Positions 50,801-61,500 of a stretch of 64,000 bases of DNA are shown one piece after another. Position numbers and translations under genes: made by a program. This DNA comes from Raillietiella orientalis (lineage: Eukaryota), in contig JAYWIR010000001.1 in NCBI GenBank assembly GCA_036172245.1, forward strand, positions 11,160,001 through 11,224,000, given 5' to 3'. Under the pieces are notes generated by a model. That model searched no databases. It was given only the letters and a program-made list of their open reading frames with translations, and was not told the origin of the DNA. Every line of letters begins with the position of its first letter. Within the stretch, counting starts at the first letter, position 1.

Positions 50801-53800
50801 TGCTGCTGTGCGCCCCGGCCGTGCTGGACGAATGCGACTCCGGAGAGCTGTTGGACCCGAGATGAGTGTCGCTGATATGAAAGCTCAAATCTGCTCTGCG
50901 GATGGAGACGAAGGAACATCTATGGAAATCACAGTGGTAATGACGCTCCCTCTGCAGCAGGCATCCCGCGTGCTCGCAGAAGTGCTCGAAAGATTTCTCC
51001 GCTTCCGACTGCAAGAAACGGTCGGCAGAGGGCCGTCAGGAGGAGGATGCCGGAGGCGTCGATGTTCTTACGCAAGTCTCCGAGTCGGAAGGCGACCTTG
51101 AAGCCAAGGGACTGAGGGAAGAAGCCATGTTGGGGAAGGTGGCGGAGGCGGCGTCGCTTTCTTTCGGAGGCGCAACTGCGCCTTCGCGCGGTGCGGCGGC
51201 GGCGGCGGCGGTCGCGTCCGGGGCCACGTGCAGGCAGCCACCCGACACGGTCGCAGGAGCCCTCGGGTTCTTCACGGGGCGGACCTTCTTCCTGCGGCAC
51301 ACGTCTTCGCAAGGGACCTTCCTGAAGTGCTCGGCGCTGCCCTCGAAGAGGCACTTGTGCATGGTGAAGTGCTCCAGAATCTTGAACGGGTTCTCCGACA
51401 GCACCATCGCTTCCCCGCAGCCGTTCTTGCGGGACCGCACTCGTCAGCCCATCCCGGCGGGAGACAGGCAACTACTTACCAGCTGGCAGTGGTAGTGCTT
51501 CCCGAAATTCCGGTAAGCGCAGTCTTTGGAGCACGGGCACGGCTGGTGACCAGGAAGGACGTGCGTGAAGTGCGACTGGATGATCAGGTCCTGCTGCATG
51601 TGCCTCTTGGCGTGGTCGTTCATGCTGTCCAAGGAGTCAAACGAAAGGTTGCACGTTTCGTGCTTGCAGTGGTAGTGATCCTAGGGAGGAAAGAAAAACA
51701 AGAGGCGGCCTCGTGAAGAGCCCGTAGAGCAGCAGCAGCAGCAGCAGCAGCAGTGCTGTGGGCAGTGTTCGTCACCTTGTTCAGCAGCTCGCACCACGAG
51801 AAGCAATGTTCAGAACTCTCACAGAAAATGAAGTAACCTTTGAGGAAATCTTCAAGCACTGGTATTCTTTGCTTTGGCTTCATTGCAGCTGGAGAGGGAA
51901 AACAAAACAGCCGTGAGTGGGGACCACAGATAGCAGGCATTTGCTTTCGTTCCGCTGAGGAAGATGGCAACAGCAAAGAATGAGCGAAAGAAGGAGAAGC
52001 GCAGTACAAAAGTGGTGGCTGCAGCAGGAACAGTAGCAGTCGCAGGAGGCGGAAAAAGAGGACGGAGGGGTACGCAGAGAAGGAGAAGCAGCAGCTCGGT
52101 GTCGCAACAGCGACAGTGAAACCACCTGCTCTGTGGAGATTGCATAAGTCACTCCAGACTTCTGCATCTTCAGCGAAAGGGGTGCTCGGGAAAACAGCCC
52201 CGGAGACGTAGGCAGTCCGACGGGATGTAGCGCCCACCCGCCTCCCTCTTTTTAACAGAATGGCACTTCTGCAACCGGGAGTCCATGAGCGCGGTTAAAG
52301 GGTGCTGCTTCAGCCGCGAAAGAAGAGCCAAGAAAGTGGAAAAGAAGGATAGGATGGTGAGCGTGCGCGTGCTGCCACTAGTATCCCCCCCCCCCCCCCG
52401 AGAGACGACATGAAGGAGACGGTAGCGCTGACGGCGACGGGGGAGAGTGCTCACGAGCCCGGGGTGTGCGCACGTCCTTATTTGAAGACTCTTCCTCCTC
52501 TTTCCCATCCACCTTCCCCCCTTGGCTCCCAAATCTGCCGGAAACAGCAAATCAGCATTCCGGACGTCCTGTGCGCACCGTAGCGAAGGACTGGGAGGAT
52601 GCGCATCCACGAGGCTGCTAGCGAAACTCCTTGGACGGCCGCTCTCCGAAGAGCTTCCCTGCCTCCCTCGCTCCCCGTCTCGGCTGGTTCCTCTGGAATG
52701 CGTGGTCAACGGGCCTCCGGACAGAGGCACCCAGGAGGAGACCCGTCGATGAACGCCCGCCGAAGACCCGGTCATCGCTTTCCTGCCTTCCAATTCCCCC
52801 TCCCTGCCGAGACAACCCCGAGGGCAGGGCATGGCCACGGAGAGACGTCGGCAAGCAGCACGGATCCACTCATTGCTGCTGCCACCGCTACTGGCCAGAA
52901 GCAGCAGCAGATCCCACTCGCAGCAGCACCGTGTGGCCCCGACCGCTATGGTAGGGAACACAGGAGCGGCGAGACTCGTGTTTGGAGGAGGCCGGTCAGG
53001 AGAGGGCAGGGATTGATCCGAGAGGCGGACGAGCGAAGGGGTCAGGGGGCAGCGGGTTCGGGTACCTTCGTCATCCGCTTCGTCGCAGCGTCCGGCGGAA
53101 GAGGACAGCTCGCCCCTGCCGCTGCACGGGGCGGAGGGCGGAGGGGTCTGGAACAGGTCTGCGAGGGACGTGAAGGGCTTGCTGTTGGACGTTTCGGCGC
53201 CGGAGGACTCCTCTTCCGCGGAGAAGCAGCAAGGGTTGCCCTCGTGGAGGGCGCTTCTGGAGTCCTCCACGGAGGACCTGGAGCAGGAGAGGGAGTCTCC
53301 GTTCGGTTCCAGGTTCGAAGGAGCCTGCTTCTCCCTCGGTGGCACGAGGGGCAGGTGGTGGTCGGAGGAGGTCAGCTCCATGTCCTGCTTCTCGTGCTTT
53401 CTCTTGTGCGAGTACAGCTGCCCGCTGGAGTGGAGCACGTAGGTACACTCGGGCCGTATGCAGTGGATGTGGTTGACCACCCCGGAGAAGCGGCAGTCGA
53501 AGAAGTGGCAAGGTTCTTGTTTCAGGAACTTCTTGAACCCGTCCCTGGTCAGCTGGTCGTCCTTCGCGTGATACGACTTGTGCTTGTCTGCGGAGAGAGG
53601 GGAGCAGGGCTTCGCTCGCTCGCGCGGGAGTGGGGAGGAGAGGGGAGGAGGCGCTGGACGCCGCCGCACGCTCACCCATGTCGCCTTTGTTCTTGAAGGT
53701 GAAGGAGCAGCCGTCCCTCTTGCAGTGGAAGTGGGTGGTCTTCTGTGCGCGGAAGGCGCAGTGGGCCTGGCCGCAGTCCTCGCAGCTGCGGAAGCGCTGG

Positions 53801-54364
53801 AAACCCTCTCTCAGGATGGCGGAGTCCTTGCGGTGGTAGTTGGCGTGCATCTGCACGTCCGAGGTGCTGATGTACACCTTGTCGCAGCCGGGCTTCAGGC
53901 AGTGGTAGTGGGTCTGCTTCCCGTTGTGGGAGCACTCTCCGGGGAACTGGTCCGCGCAGTTGTCCGTGGGCGAGTAGCGCATGAACCCGTGCTGCAAGGA
54001 CTCCTCCCGCTTGCGGTGCCACTTGAAATGCCGGATCATCTCCTCCTTCTTGACGAACACCCGCGACGTGCACGTGACGCAGTGGAAGTGCTCCCTGGAG
54101 AAGGGAGGAGTGGTCGACGGGATGGGAGCGAGCCGTACCTGTGGGCGAGCTCCCTGCAGGACGACCAGCCACAGTCGCTGTAGCTGGAGTACCTCCTCAC
54201 GTGACTGCTGTACTCAAAGAAGTGCGCAGCCGCCACCGTCTTCGAGGTGGACTTGGCCGCCGCCGACGGTTTGCACGAGGCAGCGAAGCCCGCCGGACCG
54301 GGCACGGCGGCGGGAGCGGCAGCGGCCATGAAGCGCGGGACGACCGAAGGCGGCGCTGTGAGGC
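41597..54364 (-). CDS. cas: Castor/CASZ1-family zinc-finger transcription factor, paralog B (spliced, ~1060 aa, 11 Castor-type fingers)
   Basis: Phase-consistent minus-strand model: 54364(ATG 54329)-54139, 54094-53676, 53587-53066, 51888-51776, 51680-51480, 51425-51072, 51008-50794, 50193-50087, 45062-44884, 44770-44590, 43659-43443, 43379-43091, 41800-41597. It has the same Castor hallmark motifs as paralog A. Extra linker exons may exist. Confidence 0.93.
43091..43659 (-). CDS. cas: Castor-B exons 43659-43443 and 43379-43091, C-terminal fingers
   Basis: Encode poly-Ala, KRK/KKPR basic patches and LFKDEPIPTGYLRFR|FNEDCGYSHC..CDKTRFVQHTARH..CSDTNK. Confidence 0.93.
44590..45062 (-). CDS. cas: Castor-B exons 45062-44884 and 44770-44590, fourth central finger
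   Basis: Encode CGRPFCKLKRKDHYHCNVCNQ|AFSDMDKLHPHFLKH across a 113-nt GT-AG intron. Confidence 0.88.
50087..50193 (-). CDS. cas: Castor-B linker exon (tentative)
   Basis: Acceptor ttttttgcag| (phase 2) and donor AAAG|gtgagg (phase 1) bridge 50794 to 45062 in frame. Confidence 0.6.
50794..51888 (-). CDS. cas: Castor-B central exons (51888-51776, 51680-51480, 51425-51072, 51008-50794), three extra Castor-type fingers
   Basis: Encode CFSWCELLNK|DHYHCKHETC..HAKRH, CSKDC..KHYHCQL|NGC..HFTMH and CEHAGC..RHYHCDFHRC..HISDTH. Splice phases are consistent. Confidence 0.8.
51728..51753 (+). repeat. (GCA)n microsatellite in Castor-B intron
   Basis: About 8 units. Confidence 0.85.
53066..53587 (-). CDS. 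cas: Castor-B exon, end of finger 3, finger 4 and linker
   Basis: ccgcag|ACAAGCAC; encodes DGFKKFLKQEPC..NHIHCIRPECTYVLHSSGQLYSHKRKH. The 3' donor (GAAG|gtaccc) is tentative. Confidence 0.85.
53676..54094 (-). CDS. cas: Castor-B exon, fingers 1-3
   Basis: Encodes EHFHCVTCTSRVFVKKEEMIRHFKWHRKREESLQHGFMRYS through FKNKGDM; GT-AG bounded. Confidence 0.96.
54139..54364 (-). CDS. cas: Castor-B exon, lead-in to finger 1 (EYSSHVRRYSSYSDCGWSSCRELAHR)
   Basis: Acceptor ctcccag|, donor cacag|gtacgg; aligns with Castor-A 16382-16550. Confidence 0.88.
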
Positions 54365-55190
54365 CTGGGAGAGCAGGAAGCGAAAGATGTGGGACGTGGT
54401 GGCTCCTCGTCTCTTTCCCGCCCGCAGCCGCCCGCGCAGGGTGCGGCCGGCACCCAAACGTGAGAGCGGTTGGAACGACTCCTGCATCCCTCCCCTTTTT
54501 CTACCCTCATGAACCCTGCCGCGCTCTTCGGGGACAGACCACCGCCGAGGCGACCCTCCTCCTACCTGCTACCGCCTTCCGGATGCGCCAAGCAATGACC
54601 GCTCGGTCCGCGGACGGAAGGGGAGCTGCTGACCGCCGCATCCTCTCGTGCAGCACCCGCATAGATCGCGCGCTCTCGTTTCACCCTTTTGCCCTTCTCC
54701 CTCCCCAGCCGCCGGGCGCGAGCGCGAACCTCCGGCCAGACGGCGGTGGTGCGCCGGAAGGGAGAGCAGCGGCGGCGGCGGCGGCGGCGGAAGAGTTTTC
54801 CCACGGCGCTCGCGGTCAGGTCGCGAGGTGTCCGCTCTGTAATTACCGGAATTTTCCAGATTCTCCGCGAAAACCTTCCTTCTCATTTCACGTCGCCTGG
54901 CAACGCACCGTGGGAAAGCGCCGAGGAACACGCGATCGTAATGACGAGAAATTCGCGGGAAGCGAAAAACGGGGAAAAAACGGCGGGGGAAGTTGGAGGA
55001 GGGAGGAGGAGAGAGAAGGAAAGGAAGAGGAAGGAAAGGAAGGAAAGGAAGGAAGGAAGGAGGGAGGGAGGAAAGGAGAGGAGGAGGAAGACGAGCTGCG
55101 CAGGCGCGGGTCGGTTTCCGTAAGGGAGGGAGGGACAGCAGGAGGTTCGCTCAGAGCGCTGCGTGCGTGCGCGGGAAGTCATGGCCTTAC

Positions 55191-55314
55191 CGTTGCCGCT
55201 GAAGTCCTGCTGCTGCTGTTGTTGCTGCTTCCTGCAGCAGCTCACCAACGAGCTGCTGCTCTCCGAGGATGAAGTGTTCTCGGGGGCGGCTGTCACGGGT
55301 GCGGTGCCGGCAGG
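55191..55314 (-). CDS. cas: tentative upstream exon of Castor-B (coding or 5' UTR)
   Basis: Acceptor ttcttgtag| and strong donor AACG|gtaagg (phase 1), in frame with the exon starting at 54364. The exon contains no ATG. Confidence 0.45.
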
Positions 55315-56499
55315 CTACAAGAAGAGTGCGGGAGCCTTGCGGGAAAAGTTCCTGCGCTCCGAAAGAGGAGGAGGGGGGGGGGGGAGGTCACGGCGGGACC
55401 AGCAAAGAGAGGACCGACTAAGAACGCGCTAATGGCTCCAGGAGGAGGAAAGGGGCATTCCAGTAGCGCCCCGTGCAGCGGCCAGCCTCTTGGGAGGTTC
55501 TTCGTAGGAAAAGGGAGCAAAGGGTTCGACCTCCTTGGCCCCTCGCAGCAGAGGTAACCTGCGGGCGGGCATGGCCCTACCTTGGCGGAGCCCCTTCCGC
55601 ACGAATCCGGGTGGAGGCGGAGGGGGGAGCTACCACGCCTGTCCCTCTGTCACAAAGGCAGTCAGAAGGACTATCTCGACTGCGTCCGTGCGACCTGAGA
55701 TCCGCCTCGACCCAGCCTCCGCGCGCGTGCGCACCATAGCCACCGTTTCGGTGAGCCCGAGCAGGGCACACACGAAGTTACTGCAAGCAATGCAACCTGC
55801 TCGCGGGTCCCCCCTCCCCTCATTTGGTGGTCGCTCGTGGCCGCATTTTTTTCCCCCTTCTTCTCTGGCTCTGCCTGCACAGAGAGGGAGGGAGAAGGCA
55901 GGCAACAGCCGGAGTGAAAGGACGACAGCGACATTCCCGTGGACCGGGGTCTCTGCACGGAAAGCAGTGCCCACGGCGCGTTCACCGACGCAGCGCCCCA
56001 AGCCAACTTCCCCGCCTTTCCCAAGTGCACGTCCCTGGAGGCCTTCGCTCCGGCTCCCTATGGGAGCCTGGGGGAGCCACGCAGATGCACAGGGGCAGGT
56101 GAGGGCAGCGTGCAGGGTCGCCGCTCGCGGGTGACTTTGGTCGAAGGACAGCTGCTGCTCCTCGGCAAAAAAGCGAAAAGGGGTGGGAGTGGCTCCCTTC
56201 TTGCGCTCACGCTCGGGCCACGGCTCCGAGCCTTTCAGGAGAAACGGTGGAGTGAGGCGATTCCTTACCACCGCAGCGCTCCCGGTGTCTCTTTTATCGC
56301 CGTCTCCAGGGTGTCGGACGACGTCCGCAGGCTCCGAAGTCTTGCCGGTGCGGTCTCCCAGGGGAGGAGCACTTCCCGACGCTCTCCCGGAACAACCTCT
56401 CACTTCTGCCGGCATGCGGCATGGCGGAGAGGCAACCTCCGGGGAATCTGAAAAGGGAAACAACGAGTGCACCAGCAAGGCAGCAGTGTCGTGTAGCGA

Positions 56500-57400
56500 C
56501 GGCTATCCGGGGTTATGAGCGCGACGGGCGTCAAGTACTGGGAGGGAAACCGTGATGCCGTGACGCGGAAAGGTCGGCCTCCGTCCCGATCCCTCGCGGT
56601 CCCCATGACCAGCTGCCCTGACCCTCCTTCCCCTGCGTCATACACTGGCTGACGGGTGAGGCCGTCAAATCAATCCCGTTGGTTCTAAAAAACTAGCCCG
56701 TCGTCGCTGACCAGCTGCGTCACTCACCCACTAGAAGGCGCTGGCGTGGCTCGACCGCCGGGATGGTAACATTCACCGGGATATGGTGACCCACCGATTC
56801 CGACGTGCCAAGACTGGGTCTGCTTACCCCTCCTCCTACGGCCCGCGTCCTCTCGCGCGAGCTGCCGTTCCTAGCACTGGCGTAAGTTGGACGCTTCCGT
56901 CCCTCCGCCTCCTGTCACGAGGTGCGCGCCGGTGGTGGATGTCTCCTGCAACGACCGCAACTTCATCCCTTTTCCCAGTGCTCGCAACCCGGGGATGAAC
57001 CCGCAATCGGGAGACCTGCTGTTGGGCGGAATCTCCGAACTTCCAGCTTGGTGGCCGCATTGTGTCACACCCGCCCACCCCTATCTTCGAAAGTCGCATC
57101 TTGCTGAGCGTTTCGCTCGGGTTGGAAGAGAAAATCCGCTCGCGATCACCTAGTCCTCCCTCCTCCCTCCCCTACGGCTGGATGATCCACACTTTTTTCT
57201 CGACTTCTTCGTCACGTTCCTTCTCCTTTCTTGTACAGCAACTCTACCGATTCCTAACTTTCGAGCGCTCCCGCTGACGCGGTTGCCCACGCCGCCACCC
57301 ACTCTCAGGTTCGGCGGATTCCCATCCAGACTCTCTGTCCATGTCTCCAAGTGGAACGTCTGCATCTCATGCAGGAATTGAGCTGAACGGATCACCGAGG
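56500..57400 (-). mobile_element. decayed 3' part of an R2/RLE-like non-LTR element
   Basis: Ordered remnants WTESLDG, SLPTRAKR and GGCDT resemble the post-RT region (W..S.DG, LPTR.R, CR.GC) of RLE-clade elements. Confidence 0.3.
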
Positions 57401-58052
57401 CAACACAGAAAACTGCCGCGACCCTTTAAAAGAAGAAAAAAAAAAAAAAATGTGGGGGAGGGGGGGAGGTATGCGGCTGCCGCGCGCCACGCGCAAGTGT
57501 TGCTCTTCATACACGGCGCTGAGACGAAGGTGACTCGACAGATGAAGGCTCCCATAAATTTCCGAACGGATTGTCTGCGGCGAAACCACTTCAAAATCAA
57601 GTGCCACGGGGCGTCCACCCCACAAGTGAGATTCGAGTTCACACGAACTCCATGGAAGCCTCGGTCTTCAGTCGGTCAACAACAGCAAGCGCTCCAGAGC
57701 AACAAACGATCGCAGCAATTTTCCCTCTCGGCGTTGGAGGTTACCTAGGAGACACCGAAGGAACCGGTCGCTCAGCATATCGAGTGAGCATGCAGATTCG
57801 GCTACCCCAGCGTGCAGGAGTGCCCAGGAATGACAGCCGACTAGAGAATCACCTCATTACCGTTTCACTATGACCGTTCCACTTCGCTCGGAACAAACAT
57901 CGAGATCGAGGAAGCTGCCTGCTCCCGGGACCTCCTCTTGCAGCAGGCTGCTGCTCGGAGAGGCAGTTCCATCATTATTTTGCGAAATTTCGTGTTTCTT
58001 CCTCCCTTCCCCGCTTGGTTTTTTTCTGTTCTCGCTCTCCCTCTGTCTCTCT

Positions 58053-58088
58053 CTTCTTCTTCTTCTTCTTCTTCTTCTTCTTCTTCTT
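58053..58088 (+). repeat. (CTT)n microsatellite
   Basis: About 12 units. Confidence 0.9.
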
Positions 58089-58139
58089 TTTTTTACACTG
58101 GCACGCAGTTTCTTAAGCTGCGGTAAATTCGGTTTCGTC

Positions 58140-58935
58140 TGCTATGATTAATTTGGATTGATAAAAAAAAGAAGCAATTTTTCTCTCCCTTGTCAGATTT
58201 CCTAATGAACACGACCGTGAGGCTACACACACGATGAATGAGATAATGCACGCTGCTGGAAAAAAATAATGATAATAAACTTCCGAGATCAGGTCTGCTG
58301 ATCTACGAAAAATGGTGGTGGACTGCTATTCCGCATGCGGCTGACCAGGGAAAGCATCTTCCAGAAGATCAACACGGACTCTCCTGGAGATCAGCAAGAA
58401 GAACACCACGGAGAACAACACCACCCCTCACCACAGTTACTATGCTGAGAATTGTACGTTAAATGGCCATTGCCACAAGTTCGTAAAGTAATAAATGGTC
58501 GTTCGACAACTAAAATGAATATCACTGAAATAAATTATCAATGCATTCACAATGAGATCGTCATTATAAATTTCCAAGGTGATTCGTAACAGATAATAAT
58601 GATAATTGACAATAATAGCAGTTTAGCTTTGGAATCTGCTCCTTTCTGGTGTTAAGAGCTGGGAGCGCTTCCCTCCGAGTTTTGGAATCGTTTTGATGAG
58701 AATCGTATCTCAGGCTTCTTCTGAAATTATATTCTGTGATTATGCCGTCTCCTCCTCCTCCCCCCCTCCCACCTCTTCTTCCTTCTCCCGTACACACACA
58801 TGCACCTCGCTGGTGAGCTTGGCTCGTGAGATAAATGTACCAAAACGCAAGCAAATCATCAGTAAGTGAATTGTATCGGATGCTGCTCAAATTCGCTTGA
58901 TTTACGATGACGTCAATCACAAGACTATTAAACAG
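58140..58935. promoter_or_regulatory. candidate upstream enhancer of Castor-B (AT-rich, homeodomain-site-dense)
   Basis: Sharp drop in GC, non-repetitive, with many TAAT/ATTA/TTTAT cores and TGATTTACGA at 58898. Confidence 0.4.
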
Positions 58936-59194
58936 CTACGAGCGTGAAATCACACACGTTTCGGAAACGGACGGCAGAACATCCCGCAGGAGTGCGCGTA
59001 ACGGGAAAAGCTCGCCAATGCCAGATTCGTGATCCCGGGCTGCCAAGTTCCTGCCGCCTATTAAATTGGGAAGGGGGGGGGAAGCCCTGCAACAAGAGCT
59101 TCATACTCTCATCGCGTGAGCTATATAGCAGGAAAGGAAGAGTGCGTCCAAACGAGCACATCCCCCCCCCCCCCCGTCCGCGAACCACGCGTTT

Positions 59195-59221
59195 TGCGTG
59201 CGTGCGTGCGTGCGTGCGTGC
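59195..59221 (+). repeat. (TGCG)n microsatellite
   Basis: About 6-7 units. Confidence 0.85.
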
Positions 59222-60966
59222 CTCACAAAGGGGTATGCGCGCTGACGAAACGCCTTGCTGAGATTCGCGCGATGCATCCGAAAGAGTCTTCTGGTGCATC
59301 CTCCTCCTCCCGAATGCCCCACGCCGCTGATGGAAAACGCCTACAAGAGAAACACGCAGTTGCCGCGCGAAACCGAATCTGCGCGCGGGGAAGTTTCGCC
59401 CAAACTGTGCAAAGGAATGAAATTCGATTAGCAAAGAGGAAAGGAAAAGGCAGAAACGAAGGAAAAACCACCGCTCGGATCTCACTTCGAGAAGGAGGGG
59501 AGGGGGAGGGGGGCAGTCCTCAACTCTTTTGCCCCCTCCCGAGCAGGAATAAAGCAAAGACCGCAACACTGCCTGAATCCAATGCCTCGTTCCTTTGTTT
59601 ATCTCCATCTTTGTTTATAATGCAAAAGTCGTATTTGCATTGCTTTTCAAATGCAGATATTAGTGTGTAAGCGACGTGTGGTGACCTACGCGATTATCGA
59701 AAGCAGGGAGAAAAAACTGCGTGCCTCATGGAGGCTCCTGATAATAAAGATTTCTGCATTCACCCGTCGACTTGGAAATGTCATCAGCTCTTCCGATTTT
59801 GCTGTTATCGTTCACTCGATGCAAAGCGATCTATAAATAGGGAGGGAACACCTTAAGCAGGCTAAACACATCCTTGCTATCCTCCCCCCCCCCCCCCGCC
59901 TCCCCCGAGAAACGAGCGCGACACGAAGGATAGGGCAGGCGAACGTCAATGTTTAGAGGGACGCCATCGATTTCAGTTCGCAGGAGTTCGTTCGGGGAAG
60001 GCCTGCCATATCATCAACAACACTTCGGAAATGAGTGCATGGAATGATTACTCGAAATTCCTGAATCTCTCCCCCCCCCCCTCCTCCCTCCTTGTTACAA
60101 GTTGTTCTATTCACACAACTGACGCATCCATGCTGCTGCTGACATATCCCAAAATATCTTTTATTGACTCAAGAATTCAAGAAACAAACCCGAGGGAAGG
60201 ATCGAGCAACAACAACAAAAAAAAGAGGGGGGGGGACATCTAAAATACACGAAATTCCTGAATTTATCAGAACTTTGTTTAAATTTCATTACCGACACTC
60301 TGCTCTTTCCTCCGCTTTTTTTTTTCGTTTTCTCTCTCTCTCTCTCTTCTCCTTTTTGGGTGTTTTTTTCTTTCCTTTTTTTTTCCCCCCTTCCCCGGGG
60401 TTTTCCTGCGCCGATTCCAAAGTTCGATCGAAAACGTGAGAAATCACCGGCGATAAGCGGCACACTACACCGTCGACTTGGAAACGCACAGCCTGCGCTG
60501 CTAAGAATAGCCCGGCCCTACTCAAACACACGGCGCCGTGAGTCACACGGGAATTCCTCGCGCGCCACTCCGCAGCAAAACCAACAATGCGCTCGCGAAT
60601 GGCGGCGACCTGTCTCCACGACGACGACGACGACGAAGCATGGCCCGGCAGCGCCATGGAAACGGGAGGAAACAAAATGCCGGCCAAGTATTCGGGCGCG
60701 CGGCAAATTCTTTTCCTTTTTCTTTTTTTTTCCTTCTCCCCCAATTTATTTTTGTTATCGAAGGCCCAGATAAGCGATCCGCGAGGCATCAATAACGCTG
60801 GCGAATGACGATGATGATGAAATCGAAAAGGCCGACTTGCTGGGACTGAATCGCATAGCAGGCAGGGTTTTGTTGTTTGCATCAGGGTGGATCAGATGCG
60901 AAACTGTGCTGGCTGTAGGGAAATAAGGGATGGCACCCTAGTCGACGCCTCGGTCGCATGCTGGAG

Positions 60967-61500
60967 CAGCCTCGAAGATCTGCACGGACTACTTAAAAGG
61001 AACCCACAAGTGGGACAGACGCCTAGAGCTCACTTTGGAAACAAGAAGAAAACCCTCACCGGGAAACTCCAACACGGAGAGCCTGTTTGTCTGTTTGTTT
61101 TCTCCCCCCTTTGGTAAAAGAGGAAACGAGACACAAAACCCTACCACGTCAACAACAGCAACAGTTGCCTCGTCTCAGGGCTATAAGACATCCTAAGACA
61201 CAGATACTTATATCTGTACAGCCTTTTTTCTTTGTCCCCATGGGCAACCTCGAAGATCTGCACGGACTTCTTAAAAGGAACACACAAGTGGAACGGAAGC
61301 TTAGAGTTCACGTTTGAAACAAGAAAACTCTCATCAGGAAACTCCACCACGGAGAGAGCCTGTCCTCCCCCGATGAAAGAGGAAAGGAGACACAAAACCC
61401 CACCACGTTAACAACAGCAACAGTTGCCCCATATCAGGGCTAAAAGACATCCTAAGACACAAATACTTATATCTGTAGAGCTTTTTTTTTTCTCGCATGG
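60967..61500. repeat. diverged tandem duplication, two copies (60967-61244, 61245-61500)
   Basis: Shared blocks cctcgaagatctgcacggact, ttaaaaggaac, aacaacagcaacagttgcc, aagacatcctaagacac and atacttatatctgta occur in the same order in both copies. Confidence 0.92.

Noticed and set aside
52126-52990. Additional Castor-B linker exons (e.g. DAEVWSDLCNLHRA ending at donor 52126)
   Set aside because: Phase-compatible but not required, since 53066 joins 51888 directly. Boundaries are ambiguous, so they were left out of the model.
52599-54183. Plus-strand ORFs over Castor-B
   Set aside because: Antisense shadows of the real minus-strand exons.
55315-55362. ERRNFSRK on the minus strand as a counterpart of Castor-A KRKNFLPR
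   Set aside because: Weak similarity, followed by an in-frame TAG that is better read as a splice acceptor.
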